Under the pieces are notes generated by a model. It did no database searches. It was given only the letters and a program-made list of their open reading frames with translations, and was not told the origin of the DNA. Below are positions 1 to 9,180 of a stretch of 64,000 nucleotides of DNA, one piece after another. Position 1 is the stretch's first letter; each line of letters opens with the position of its first letter. A program made the position numbers and the translations under genes. Where the stretch lies: positions 81,962-145,961 of the forward strand of contig CAVSUY010000022.1 of assembly GCA_963731035.1 (NCBI GenBank), read 5' to 3'. The stretch comes from an uncultured Gammaproteobacteria bacterium (GTDB lineage: Bacteria > Pseudomonadota > Gammaproteobacteria > Arenicellales > JAANXG01).

Positions 1-1700
1 GCATCGCCCTGTCCATCATGATCTCCAACCAGATCGTGGTGCCCTTGGTGCTGCGACTGCCGAGGGTCAGACTGGACGCCAGCGGCGACATCAAGGAACT
101 CATTCTCACCTGCCGGCGCATCTCCATCGGCGTGATCCTGCTGTTCGGGTACCTCTATTTTCGGCTCAGCGCGAAGTCGGATGCCCTGGCCTCCATGGGC
201 CTGATCGCGTTCGTCGGCGTCGCCCAGTTCCTGCCGGCGCTGATCGGCGGCCTGTACTGGCGCAACGCGACGGCCAAAGGCGCTGTAGCCGGTCTTTCCG
301 CCGGCTTCGCGCTGTGGATGTACACCCTGTTCATTCCCAGCCTGCGGGAGGCCGGCGGCCCGCTCGACGCCCTGGTTCAGCACGGGCCCTGGGGTATCGA
401 GCTGCTGAAACCCTACACGATGTTCGGTCTCACCGGCCTCGACCCCTTGCTTCACGCCGTGTTCTGGAGCCTTGCAATCAACGCCGCGCTATTCATGGTG
501 GTGTCCGTGTGGTCGACCCAAAAGCCGCTGGAAACCCTGCAGAGCGCGCTGTTCGTGGACGTGTTCCGCAACGTGGCTGGCACCGAGTCCAGAGTGATTC
601 AGCGGCGCGCGGCGACCAAGGACCTGTATAAGCTCACCCAGCGGATACTGGGGCCGGTGGAAACCCACAAGCTGTTCACCGAATTGACCGACGGCCATCT
701 CAACCTGGAGCAGCTGCCGCCGCCGGACGCCCGCTTCATCGCCCATATCGAGCGGCGCCTGGCCGGCAATATCGGGGCGTCCACCGCGCGTGCCCTCGTG
801 TCGCAGATCGCCACCGGAGAGACCATCAGCATGGACGAGATCATCAAGCTGGTGGACGAGACCCAGCAGGTGGTGGAGTACAGCCATCGCCTGGAGCAGC
901 AGTCCGCGGAACTGCAGGCGACCGCCGAGGAGCTGCGCAAGGCCAATCAGCGACTGCAGGAACTGGACGCCCAGAAGGACGAGTTCCTGAGTCAGGTCAG
1001 CCATGAGGTGCGCACGCCGATGACCTCCATCCGCTCGTTCGCCGAGCTGCTGCTGGGCGCCGACAACCTGACCCGGGAGCACGCGCAGAGGTTCGTTCGC
1101 ATTATCCACGAGGAGAGTCTCAGGCTGACGCGGCTGCTCGATGAGATCCTCGAGATGAACCGCCTGGAGCACGGCGAGCTCCAGATCGGTATCGCACCGG
1201 TCTCCCCCGAGGACGTGGTCGAGCGAGCGATCGATACCTGCCGCGGGCTGGCCGAGCAGAAGAACGTGGTCCTCGAGTCCGGGTCCCGGGTGGAAGCGGC
1301 AACGGTACTCGGTGATGCGGATCGGCTCCACCAGGTGTTGATCAACCTTTTGACCAACGCCATCAAATATAATGACAGTCCGCAACCGGTAGTGCGCGTG
1401 GACAGCAGAATCCTCGACCACCGCTACGAACTGGACGTCAGCGACAACGGCCCAGGAATCCAGGACGCGGAGCAGGTCTTCGAGAAATTCAGCCGCGGAC
1501 GGCAGACCGTCGGCAAGAGTGGCGGAGCCGGGCTGGGCCTGGCGATCAGCCGTCGCATTATCCAGAAAATGAACGGTGAGTTGGAGATCGTGAGCAACGG
1601 TGGCCTAGGAGTCAGCCAGGGAACCCGGTTCAGGATCCGCTTGCGCCTGGCGGAGGAACCGTCGGCATCCGAGGCGTCCATCCGCGAATACGCGTCATGA
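1..1700 (+). CDS. Sensor histidine kinase fused to a sodium:solute-symporter-like membrane domain (5-prime end cut by the window edge)
   Basis: The frame is open back to base 3. The N-terminal part has hydrophobic SSF-like helices and is followed by a coiled coil. H-box SHEVRTPMTSIRSF and ATP-lid GGAGLGLAISRRI are present. No receiver domain. Confidence 0.85.
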   Translation, partial: IALSIMISNQIVVPLVLRLPRVRLDASGDIKELILTCRRISIGVILLFGYLYFRLSAKSDALASMGLIAFVGVAQFLPALIGGLYWRNATAKGAVAGLSAGFALWMYTLFIPSLREAGGPLDALVQHGPWGIELLKPYTMFGLTGLDPLLHAVFWSLAINAALFMVVSVWSTQKPLETLQSALFVDVFRNVAGTESRVIQRRAATKDLYKLTQRILGPVETHKLFTELTDGHLNLEQLPPPDARFIAHIERRLAGNIGASTARALVSQIATGETISMDEIIKLVDETQQVVEYSHRLEQQSAELQATAEELRKANQRLQELDAQKDEFLSQVSHEVRTPMTSIRSFAELLLGADNLTREHAQRFVRIIHEESLRLTRLLDEILEMNRLEHGELQIGIAPVSPEDVVERAIDTCRGLAEQKNVVLESGSRVEAATVLGDADRLHQVLINLLTNAIKYNDSPQPVVRVDSRILDHRYELDVSDNGPGIQDAEQVFEKFSRGRQTVGKSGGAGLGLAISRRIIQKMNGELEIVSNGGLGVSQGTRFRIRLRLAEEPSASEASIREYAS

Positions 1701-1715
1701 CACGAAATCCGTAAT

Positions 1716-2183
1716 ATGAAAGAGCTCATCGAGCTGGGCGACCTGGAACGCGCGGTACACCTCATATTCGAAGAGAAAGTCCCCTTCAACCATCTGCTCG
1801 GCGTCAAGGTGGACGGAATCGCCGAGGAATCGGTGCGGATGAGAATCGACATGCGGGACGAATTCGTGGGTCATTTCGTGCACCGGGTATTACACGGCGG
1901 CGTGACGGCCTCGGTGCTGGACGTGACCGGCGGCCTGGCCGCTTTCGTCGGAACACTCAACAAAATCAAAGACTTGCCGCTCGAGGATCAAGTCCGGCGC
2001 TTCAATACCCTGGGCACCATCGATCTGAGGATCGACTACCTGCGTCCGGGGCGGGGCCAATGGTTCGCCGCGACAGGCTATATTCTCAGAATCGGGAACA
2101 AAGTAGCGGTGACACGCATGGAACTGCACAATGACGACAATAAACTGATCGCCGTGGGGACGGGTGCCTACACGGTTTCATAA
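1716..2183 (+). CDS. PaaI/YigI-type hotdog-fold thioesterase
   Basis: 155 aa. Segment HGGVTASVLDVTGG and a C-terminal beta-sheet region are typical of PaaI-family thioesterases. Confidence 0.65.
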   Translation: MKELIELGDLERAVHLIFEEKVPFNHLLGVKVDGIAEESVRMRIDMRDEFVGHFVHRVLHGGVTASVLDVTGGLAAFVGTLNKIKDLPLEDQVRRFNTLGTIDLRIDYLRPGRGQWFAATGYILRIGNKVAVTRMELHNDDNKLIAVGTGAYTVS

Positions 2184-2200
2184 GACATAAGGAGCGACCC

Positions 2201-2743
2201 ATGAATGCATTGCTGGTACTGCTGGTATTGCTGGGCCTGGTGGTTCTGTACGGGTTCTTTATCTACAACCGGTTCATCAAGGACCGCAACACCATCGACG
2301 AAGCCTGGAGCGGCATCGATGTGCAGCTCAAGAGACGCCACAACCTGATCCCCAACGTGGTGGAGACGGTCAAAGGCTATGCCCGTCACGAGGCGGAAGT
2401 GCTGGAGAAAGTCACCGCCCAGCGCACCGGCGGACGAATGACCGACATCAACAAGCAGGAGACCGAGATCTCCAAGGCGCTGGTCAACCTGTTCGCGGTG
2501 GCGGAGAGCTACCCCAATCTCAAGGCCAACGAAAATTTCCTCGACCTGCAAAAGCAGCTCAGTGAAGTCGAGGACCAGATCCAACTCGCGCGGCGCTACT
2601 ACAACGGCGCAGTGCGGATCTACAACACGCGGGTCGAATCGGTTCCGAGCAACCTGATCGCCTCATTCGCCGGATTCACCAAGCGTGAGTTTTTCGAGAT
2701 CGAGGTCGCGGGCGAGCGGGAAGTGCCGAAAGTCGCTTTCTAG
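2201..2743 (+). CDS. LemA family membrane protein
   Basis: N-terminal TM helix followed by YNRFIKDRNTIDEAWSGIDVQLKRRHNLIPN and ARRYYNGAVRIYN, which are LemA signature stretches. GGAG-type RBS lies upstream. Confidence 0.85.
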   Translation: MNALLVLLVLLGLVVLYGFFIYNRFIKDRNTIDEAWSGIDVQLKRRHNLIPNVVETVKGYARHEAEVLEKVTAQRTGGRMTDINKQETEISKALVNLFAVAESYPNLKANENFLDLQKQLSEVEDQIQLARRYYNGAVRIYNTRVESVPSNLIASFAGFTKREFFEIEVAGEREVPKVAF

Positions 2744-2916
2744 TTTCTCGCGTCCACCGAAGTTCCGCATGCGGTCAAGAATGTATTCTTGTCCCGAACA
2801 CGTGCTTCCGGCATTCGGATATCGTAGCCTCTTCAAGCAGGACGACGCACCGGCAGAGAAACCCTGCGACTTCACATCCGCTATTCACGCAACTCATCGT
2901 TGGAACCACGGTTGAC

Positions 2917-4785
2917 ATGAATTCCGCACGCCTGCTCTCCGTCTTTCGCCGGGTCACGTGCCTTGGACTTATGCTGGTCGCCTGGCATTCCGCCCGCGCG
3001 CTCGCCGACGAACGAATACTGTCCTACGTCAGCGACATCTCGGTGCATCTCGACGGCTCCATGACGGTTACCGAGTCGATACGGGTGCAAAGCGAGCAGA
3101 ACCAGATAAAGCGGGGCATATACCGCGATTTTCCGACCACCTACAAGACCCCGAATGGCGTCACGAAAGTCGGCTTCGATGTGCTCGATGTCGAGCGCGA
3201 TGGACACCCGGAGCCGTACCACACGCAAAGCCTGTCCAACGGCACGCGCGTCTACATCGGAAACAAGGACCGCATTCTGCCGCCGGGGCAATACGCCTAC
3301 ACCATCCGCTACAGCACCGACCGGCAGCTCGGCTTCTTCGCAGGCCGCGACGAGTTGTACTGGAACGTGACGGGCAACGGCTGGTCATTCCCAATTGGCG
3401 CCGTCCGCGCCCGGGTCACATTGCCGGACGGAATATCGCTCTCCAAGAACTCCCTGGAAGCCTACACCGGCTACGGCGGCCAGCAGGGCCGCGACTACAT
3501 CGCCCGCGTAGACGCCAACGGCGCCGCGGTGTTCGAGACAACCCGCGGTCTGAAGCCGCACGAGGGACTGACCATCGTAGTAACCTGGCCGGCGGGAATC
3601 ATCGCCCGCCCGACCCGGGGGCAAAAGGTTCGCTGGTTCCTGCGCGACAACGCCGCGTTGCTGTTCGGCGGCGCCGGCGGGGTGATCGTTCTGGTCTACT
3701 ACCTTCTCACCTGGATGCGCGTGGGTCGGGATCCCGAGGCCGGCGTGATCTTCCCACGCTACGTTCCCCCGAAGAACCTGTCCCCCGCGGCGGTGCGCTA
3801 CGTCCGTCGCATGGGATACGATTCGCGAGCCTTCGCCAGCGCGATTATCGACATGGCGGTAAAAGGCTTTCTCACGATTGACGAGCAGGACGAGGAATAT
3901 ACGCTTCAGCGCACGGCAACCGCGGACGATTCCACTCTGTCACGCGGTGAGCACCAGATAACTACGGCCTTGTTCGGCGGCCAGGACAAGGCCGTTCTCA
4001 AGAAGGAGAACCACGCTTCCATACGAGCGGCTCTCGATGCCCACAAGCAGTGGCTGCGCAACGAGTATCACCGGGTCTATTTCCGGACCAATGGCTGGAT
4101 GCTGATTCCCGGAGTCGCTTTGTCGATACTGGTATTGCTGGTGGCGGGGTTCGAAAACGGAGCGCCGGATTTCTTTTTCATGGGCTTGTGGCTCGCCGGC
4201 TGGACGTTCACCGTGTTCATGCTGCTCCGACAGGGCCAGAAAATGATGGCCGTGGTCTTCGCAGTCGCCGAGGTCGTCGCCATCGTCGCGTTCATCGGCC
4301 AGACTTCCACCCAGTTCGTTGCGCTGCTGCTGGCGATGATCATTCTGAACGGGCTGTTCTACTATCTGATCAAGGCACCCACGGATGCCGGGCGCAAGCT
4401 GCTGGACGAGATCGAGGGACTGAAGATGTACATGGAGGTCGCCGAGAAGGACCGTCTCAACCTGCTCAATCCACCGGACCTGACGCCGCAGCACTTCGAG
4501 AAGCTTCTCCCCTACGCCCTTGCTCTCGGGGTCGACCAGAAATGGTCCGAGCAGTTTTCCGATCATCTCGCCCGACAGAGCCAGGACGCGGTTCAATACC
4601 AGCCTGTCTGGTACCACGGAAGCAGCTTCGGCAACTTCAATACCGCCGGCTTCGCGTCGTCGCTGGGGTCTTCGCTGGCCGGTGCCGTCAGCTCGTCGTC
4701 GACGGCGCCGGGATCCAGCTCCGGATTCGGCGGTGGTGGCTCGTCAGGCGGCGGGGGCGGCGGCGGGGGCGGCGGCGGTTGGTGA
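2917..4785 (+). CDS. DUF2207-type membrane protein with Gly/Ser-rich C-terminal tail
   Basis: 622 aa. Signal peptide, a large beta-rich ectodomain, several TM helices and a poly-Gly tail. It is paired with LemA, as is usual for DUF2207. Confidence 0.7.
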   Translation: MNSARLLSVFRRVTCLGLMLVAWHSARALADERILSYVSDISVHLDGSMTVTESIRVQSEQNQIKRGIYRDFPTTYKTPNGVTKVGFDVLDVERDGHPEPYHTQSLSNGTRVYIGNKDRILPPGQYAYTIRYSTDRQLGFFAGRDELYWNVTGNGWSFPIGAVRARVTLPDGISLSKNSLEAYTGYGGQQGRDYIARVDANGAAVFETTRGLKPHEGLTIVVTWPAGIIARPTRGQKVRWFLRDNAALLFGGAGGVIVLVYYLLTWMRVGRDPEAGVIFPRYVPPKNLSPAAVRYVRRMGYDSRAFASAIIDMAVKGFLTIDEQDEEYTLQRTATADDSTLSRGEHQITTALFGGQDKAVLKKENHASIRAALDAHKQWLRNEYHRVYFRTNGWMLIPGVALSILVLLVAGFENGAPDFFFMGLWLAGWTFTVFMLLRQGQKMMAVVFAVAEVVAIVAFIGQTSTQFVALLLAMIILNGLFYYLIKAPTDAGRKLLDEIEGLKMYMEVAEKDRLNLLNPPDLTPQHFEKLLPYALALGVDQKWSEQFSDHLARQSQDAVQYQPVWYHGSSFGNFNTAGFASSLGSSLAGAVSSSSTAPGSSSGFGGGGSSGGGGGGGGGGGW

Positions 4786-4819
4786 CGGATCGGTTGCGCC
4801 GCCCGAAGTGCTGCGGTGT

Positions 4820-5149
4820 TCAGTCCTCTCCGCCGGCCGGCCAGTGGCGCTCCAGGACATCATCAACGGTCTGCGCCAGATCCTTCTCCGTGTCGGCGCG
4901 GCGCCTTCTCGTCTCGCGGGCGTCGCGCTCGCGCAGTACCTGGACTTCGGTATCGCGCTGCTGCCCGCAGCGCTGCTCATAGCGCGCAGCGGCTTTCTGC
5001 AGACGCTCCTCGGTGCGCCTCATGAATCGCCGGGCCCACAGCCTCGCGTCAGACAAGGCACGCGCCGCCTGCGCGCGCTCGCGCTCTATCTGGTCGCTGG
5101 CCTCGCGTTCGGCTCGTAGAACCTGCTCAATCGGGTTTCCGGCAGACAT
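4820..5149 (-). CDS. Hypothetical charged coiled-coil protein, possibly a V/A-ATPase peripheral-stalk (G/H-like) subunit
   Basis: 109 aa with high GC3. The sequence is E/R/A-rich and helical (EQVLRAEREASDQIERERAQAARAL), like stalk subunits. It lies divergent to the ATPase cluster. The function is inferred only. Confidence 0.4.
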   Translation of the reverse strand: MSAGNPIEQVLRAEREASDQIERERAQAARALSDARLWARRFMRRTEERLQKAAARYEQRCGQQRDTEVQVLRERDARETRRRRADTEKDLAQTVDDVLERHWPAGGED

Positions 5150-5238
5150 TAATCAAGTGGCTTTGGAGTTGACCCACGTCACATTACGATACCATGGCCT
5201 GTCTATAATGTATTGACAAACCGTCTGGTGCACATTCC

Positions 5239-5910
5239 TTGGTCTTGAACCTCGGTCGGATCCGTCGATTGTCAGATCCCCACGCCCGGGCGCGTGCCCG
5301 CCTGGGGCGGATGCCTGATGCCGCAGCCTGGCGACACATTGCCGAGGCGGGTGATCTCGACGCGACCGTGCAACGCATGCGGGACAACGGTCTGAATCTA
5401 TGGGTCGGCACACTGCCTAGATCACCCGACGTCCCGGTCATAGAAAAAACCCTTCTGCAAGGCGCGATATCGCTGGCGCACGACGTGAAGCGCTGGCTTG
5501 CGAAGGACGGTCTCAGGACGTCTCGATGGCTCGATCAGATCGCGGAGGCGGGCGACGGTTTCGACCTGGACCGGTGGCTGCGGGCGTTCTCGATGCTCCG
5601 CCCGTCGGCATCGAGGCCCGGGGAACGGGCGACGGAGAGGCTGCACCACCTGGTGGAGACACACCTGCAAGACATACGTGAAGCCCGTCGACGCCTGCGA
5701 CAGGCGGCCGACCCCGGCGTCCTCGACGTCGACATCCAGTGGCGCCTGCGCGAGAAACTCGCTGGGGACATGCGCGGCCTGCTCGGCGGCTACCCGTTCA
5801 ACGCCGGATTTTTCCTCATCTATGCAATGCTTGAGCTATTGCAGTTCGAGCGCTGCCGGGCACTCCTGGTAGCACGGGCGCACGGATGGAACGCGGCCGG
5901 CGTCCTCTAG
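5239..5910 (+). CDS. Putative short V/A-ATPase C/d-like subunit
   Basis: 223 aa with a TTG start. It is the first gene of the cluster and ends 9 nt before subunit I. The N-terminal ARARARLGRM...L pattern resembles C/d subunits, but this protein is much shorter. The assignment is mostly by position and elimination. Confidence 0.4.
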   Translation: MVLNLGRIRRLSDPHARARARLGRMPDAAAWRHIAEAGDLDATVQRMRDNGLNLWVGTLPRSPDVPVIEKTLLQGAISLAHDVKRWLAKDGLRTSRWLDQIAEAGDGFDLDRWLRAFSMLRPSASRPGERATERLHHLVETHLQDIREARRRLRQAADPGVLDVDIQWRLREKLAGDMRGLLGGYPFNAGFFLIYAMLELLQFERCRALLVARAHGWNAAGVL

Positions 5911-5919
5911 GCCAGCAAC

Positions 5920-7812
5920 GTGTTCCGCCCGGAGACAATGGCCTGGATCGATGTGTTGGTGGACCCCCGCTTCGCTGCGGAGAGCCTCCATCACCTCGGC
6001 GCGCACCGGCTCATCGAACTACGGCCGTACGATCGCGATCAAACTCCGTTCGAAGTCGAGGCCGATGAAGGTTTGTCCGATCGGCTGCTCCGGGTGCGCG
6101 AAGCACTGGACCGGTATGAGGCCTACCTTCCTGTCGCCAGCCCGCCGGCTCCCACCAAGGGCGAAGTGATACTCCCGACAAAGGAGGTCCTGCCGAGATT
6201 GGAGGAGACCGCCGCCGCCTGGATCGAGGAGGCGGGACCGGTCATTCGGCGGCTGGAATCAGTTCTGACCCGCCTGGATCGCTTCCGCGTGCTCGAACAA
6301 TGCCTGCGCGCCCTGCCGGATGACAGCACCGACATGAGGCATTTCACCTTCCCGGAGGGCCAACAGCCGTTCCACTTCGTCCCCGTCATCGCCCTGGCCA
6401 GGTCCGGTGACGAGGCCTTGCTCACCACGGTGACACGGGATGCCTTGCTGCAAATCCATCCTATGCCCGATGACGCGGATACCACCGTCTGGATCGGTGT
6501 CGTGAACCGCGAGGCGCTCGACGAGCTCGAACGAACCGGCCACGCACACGGCGTGCGATTCGCGCACATACCGAACGGACTGTCCGGCTCCCCACGCGAA
6601 GCGGCCTCCCAGCTGGAACGGATGATCGAGGACGCGACCGAAAGCGCCGCCGGACTGCGCGCGGAGCTGGATGCCGTCGGCGAGCACCTCGACCTGCCGG
6701 GTTGCCTGTGGTTCCTGCGCCGCCACTTGTGGGTCCAGGGGGTCATGCGCAATGCCATGTCGGGGGTACGCTTCGTGTGGCTCGGCGGTTGGACCGTGGC
6801 GCGGCGTTATCCGAAGCTCGTGCAGGTGCTGGAGGATTCGGGAGTGCCGTTTCTGTTGAACCGCGACGACAGCGGCGAGCACGGCGAACCGCCGATCGAG
6901 CTTTCCAACCCCCGCTGGATCCGAAAGTTCGAAGTATTCGCGCGGGGCTTCGGCATGCCGTCCCGCAACGAGGTCGACCCCAGTCCTCTCCTGGCAGCGG
7001 CAACGCCTTTGATGTTCGGCTATATGTTCGGAGACGTCGGCCAGGGACTGGTGGTGGCGGCGGTTGCATGGCTGCTGCGCAGGCGCCTGCCGGTGCTGTC
7101 GCTTCTGGTGCCCGCGGGCCTGCTATCCGTAGTATTCGGTTTCCTGTTCGGATCGCTGTTCTGCAACGAGCACTTGCTGCCGGCGTTGTGGCTGCGCCCC
7201 ATGGATGACCCGATGACACTGCTGTTGACACCGGTGATATTCGGATTCCTGTTCATCCTCACGGGAATGAGCCTGTCCGGCCTGCAGGCGCACTGGTCGG
7301 GAGCCGGCGGCCGCTGGTGGAGCCGGGAGTTTCCCGTCGTGCTCATATACTCGGGACTTCCACTGGTCTTCTGGCATACATCCGCCGCCCTGTGGTGCGG
7401 CGGGACGGGAGTGGGAATCTATCTGGCGGCCGGCTGGCGGGACGCCTACCGACAGGCCGGATCATCGCGCGCGCTGCTCGCCACGGTCGCCGCTTTGCTC
7501 GAACTGGTGGAGACCCTGGCCCAGCTGCTGATCAACACCGTGTCCTTCGCACGACTTGGCGCCTTCGCCCTCGCCCACGCGGGCCTCGGTGCCGCGGTGA
7601 TCACTCTGGCCGCGATACCGGATTCCACCTGGGCCTCCGCCCTGATCCTGGTGCTGGGCAATGCATTGGTCATCGCCCTGGAAGGCCTTATCGTGTCCAT
7701 CCAAACCACCCGCCTCGTGATGTTCGAGTTCTTTCGGCGTTTCTACACCGGATCCGGGCGCGAGTTCAGGCCACTGGCAGTCCCGGACGACACACACCCT
7801 CAGGCGGCATGA
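5920..7812 (+). CDS. V/A-type ATPase subunit I (a-subunit, membrane stator)
   Basis: 630 aa. The MFRPETMAWIDVLV N-terminus is typical of subunit I. A soluble N-terminal half is followed by a multi-TM C-terminal half with conserved Arg (IQTTRLVMFEFF). Confidence 0.85.
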   Translation: MFRPETMAWIDVLVDPRFAAESLHHLGAHRLIELRPYDRDQTPFEVEADEGLSDRLLRVREALDRYEAYLPVASPPAPTKGEVILPTKEVLPRLEETAAAWIEEAGPVIRRLESVLTRLDRFRVLEQCLRALPDDSTDMRHFTFPEGQQPFHFVPVIALARSGDEALLTTVTRDALLQIHPMPDDADTTVWIGVVNREALDELERTGHAHGVRFAHIPNGLSGSPREAASQLERMIEDATESAAGLRAELDAVGEHLDLPGCLWFLRRHLWVQGVMRNAMSGVRFVWLGGWTVARRYPKLVQVLEDSGVPFLLNRDDSGEHGEPPIELSNPRWIRKFEVFARGFGMPSRNEVDPSPLLAAATPLMFGYMFGDVGQGLVVAAVAWLLRRRLPVLSLLVPAGLLSVVFGFLFGSLFCNEHLLPALWLRPMDDPMTLLLTPVIFGFLFILTGMSLSGLQAHWSGAGGRWWSREFPVVLIYSGLPLVFWHTSAALWCGGTGVGIYLAAGWRDAYRQAGSSRALLATVAALLELVETLAQLLINTVSFARLGAFALAHAGLGAAVITLAAIPDSTWASALILVLGNALVIALEGLIVSIQTTRLVMFEFFRRFYTGSGREFRPLAVPDDTHPQAA

Positions 7813-7850
7813 CGACATCACGCCGACGGAAAAATCAACAGGAGAACATC

Positions 7851-8201
7851 ATGAACAAGAAACTGGGCCCTTTGATGATTGGCACGGCAGCTGCCGGCCT
7901 GCTCGCAACATTGCTGTATGCGTCGCTGCTGCTGGTGGCGCCCGCCGTCTTCGCCCAAGGAGACGCGGTGACGGTCGACCCGGGCGTGCTGCGCTGGGGC
8001 TACGCCGCGGCAGCGCTGGCGACGGGGCTGTCCGCCATAGCGGCCGGTATCGCCGTCGGCAGCGTCGGCGCTGCCGCGATCGGCGCGGTAGCCGAGAAAC
8101 CCGAGCTGTTCGGCCGCACCCTGGTGTTCGTAGGCCTGGCGGAAGGTATCGCGATTTACGGGCTGATCGTCTCGATCATGATTCTCAACCGGCTCGGATG
8201 A
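7851..8201 (+). CDS. V/A-type ATPase subunit K (c-ring proteolipid), single-hairpin type with N-terminal hydrophobic extension
   Basis: ATG at 7851 follows GGAGA. Helix 1 is Gly/Ala-rich (GIAVGSVGAAAIGA) and helix 2 carries a carboxylate (GLAEGIAIYGL). The longer ORF from 7317 overlaps subunit I and was rejected. Confidence 0.8.
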   Translation: MNKKLGPLMIGTAAAGLLATLLYASLLLVAPAVFAQGDAVTVDPGVLRWGYAAAALATGLSAIAAGIAVGSVGAAAIGAVAEKPELFGRTLVFVGLAEGIAIYGLIVSIMILNRLG

Positions 8202-8509
8202 ACATGGATCTGCGGCTTGCCTACATCGGCGAAGAGATCTCCGGGCTCGGCTTCCGGCTCGCCGGGGCCCGGACCTACACGCCCTCTGCCACATCCGGCG
8301 AGGTACGCGACGCCATCCGCGAAGCGCGTGCCGACTGTGACCTGGTGCTGCTGGAGACCGGTCTGTCCGAGCTGGTGCGGGAGGACTTGACGGCAATGCT
8401 CATCGAGCAGCCGGTGCCGCCCGTCCTCGTGATCCCGGCCATCCTCTCGGAGCAGGAGTTGACCACCAGCGCGTTGACCGAAGCGCGGCGCGTCCTGGGA
8501 ATCGGGTGA
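8198..8509 (+). CDS. V/A-type ATPase subunit F
   Basis: 103 aa. LAYIGEEISGLGFRLAG matches the subunit F motif. Its start overlaps the K stop in ATGA. Confidence 0.75.
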   Translation: MNMDLRLAYIGEEISGLGFRLAGARTYTPSATSGEVRDAIREARADCDLVLLETGLSELVREDLTAMLIEQPVPPVLVIPAILSEQELTTSALTEARRVLGIG

Positions 8510-9180
8510 GCGGCATGGACGAGCCCGCAGGAAACGACTTGCCGATCGGGTTCGACCCGCAGCACGTTCGCACCTTCCTCACGCGGATACGAGAGGACCG
8601 CGACCGAGAGCTGGCCGACATGCGACACCGGGTCGAGGCCGAGACACGGACAATCCGACAAGAGGGCTACCGGGCGGCGCGCAGGCTCGCCAGCCAGGTG
8701 GCAGCCGATACCCGCGAACGCCAGCAGCGCGAACATGACCGATTTCTCTACAAGACACGGTCCGAGCTGACCCGTGAACGCTGGTCCATTCTCGGCGACC
8801 TGCGTGGAAAGGCACTGGAAGCGGTTCGGAGCCGCTTCGAAGAGGCGTGGCGCGACGAGTCCAGGCAGTGGGCCTGGTGCCGCCACTGGGTCGAGGCCGC
8901 CTGTGCGCTCGCAGCCGGCGCCCCGCTGGAAGTGCGCCTCGGTGATGCTCGGAATACGGTCTCGGAAAGGGTCGAGAAGCTGCTCCAATCGTACGCGGGA
9001 GAATGGGCGGTGCGCCTGGACGCGGAGGAACCCGCCGGCGTGCTCGTCTCATGGCCCGATCACCGCCTGGACGGTACGCTGGCCTCGCACGTGGCCGAGG
9101 CCACCGAAGAGGTCATGGCGCGCGTCGTGGACCTGCTCGACCCGGCCGCGGAGCCGGACGAAGCCGATGAGCCGGGCTGA
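8506..9180 (+). CDS. V/A-type ATPase subunit E (peripheral stalk)
   Basis: 224 aa with a long charged N-terminal helix and a globular C-terminal part. It sits between F and A. Its GTG start overlaps the F stop. Confidence 0.6.
   Translation: MSGMDEPAGNDLPIGFDPQHVRTFLTRIREDRDRELADMRHRVEAETRTIRQEGYRAARRLASQVAADTRERQQREHDRFLYKTRSELTRERWSILGDLRGKALEAVRSRFEEAWRDESRQWAWCRHWVEAACALAAGAPLEVRLGDARNTVSERVEKLLQSYAGEWAVRLDAEEPAGVLVSWPDHRLDGTLASHVAEATEEVMARVVDLLDPAAEPDEADEPG

Noticed and set aside
4690-4785. Poly-Gly/Ser tail of the DUF2207 protein, considered as an unusual feature or assembly artefact
   Set aside because: Gly-rich C-terminal tails are a common trait of this family as far as I recall. 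The codons are mixed (GGC/GGT/GGG/GGA) rather than a pure homopolymer, so it looks genuine and unremarkable.
7317-8201. A 294-aa ORF implying a long N-terminal extension of the c-subunit
   Set aside because: The first 178 codons overlap the end of subunit I in another frame and are Arg/Pro/Gly-rich. ATG 7851, preceded by a GGAGA RBS, gives a normal proteolipid.
8774-9166. An upstream extension of the subunit A frame (the ORF starts at 8774)
   Set aside because: It overlaps the subunit E coding frame and has aberrant composition. The conserved A-subunit N-terminus begins at ATG 9167.
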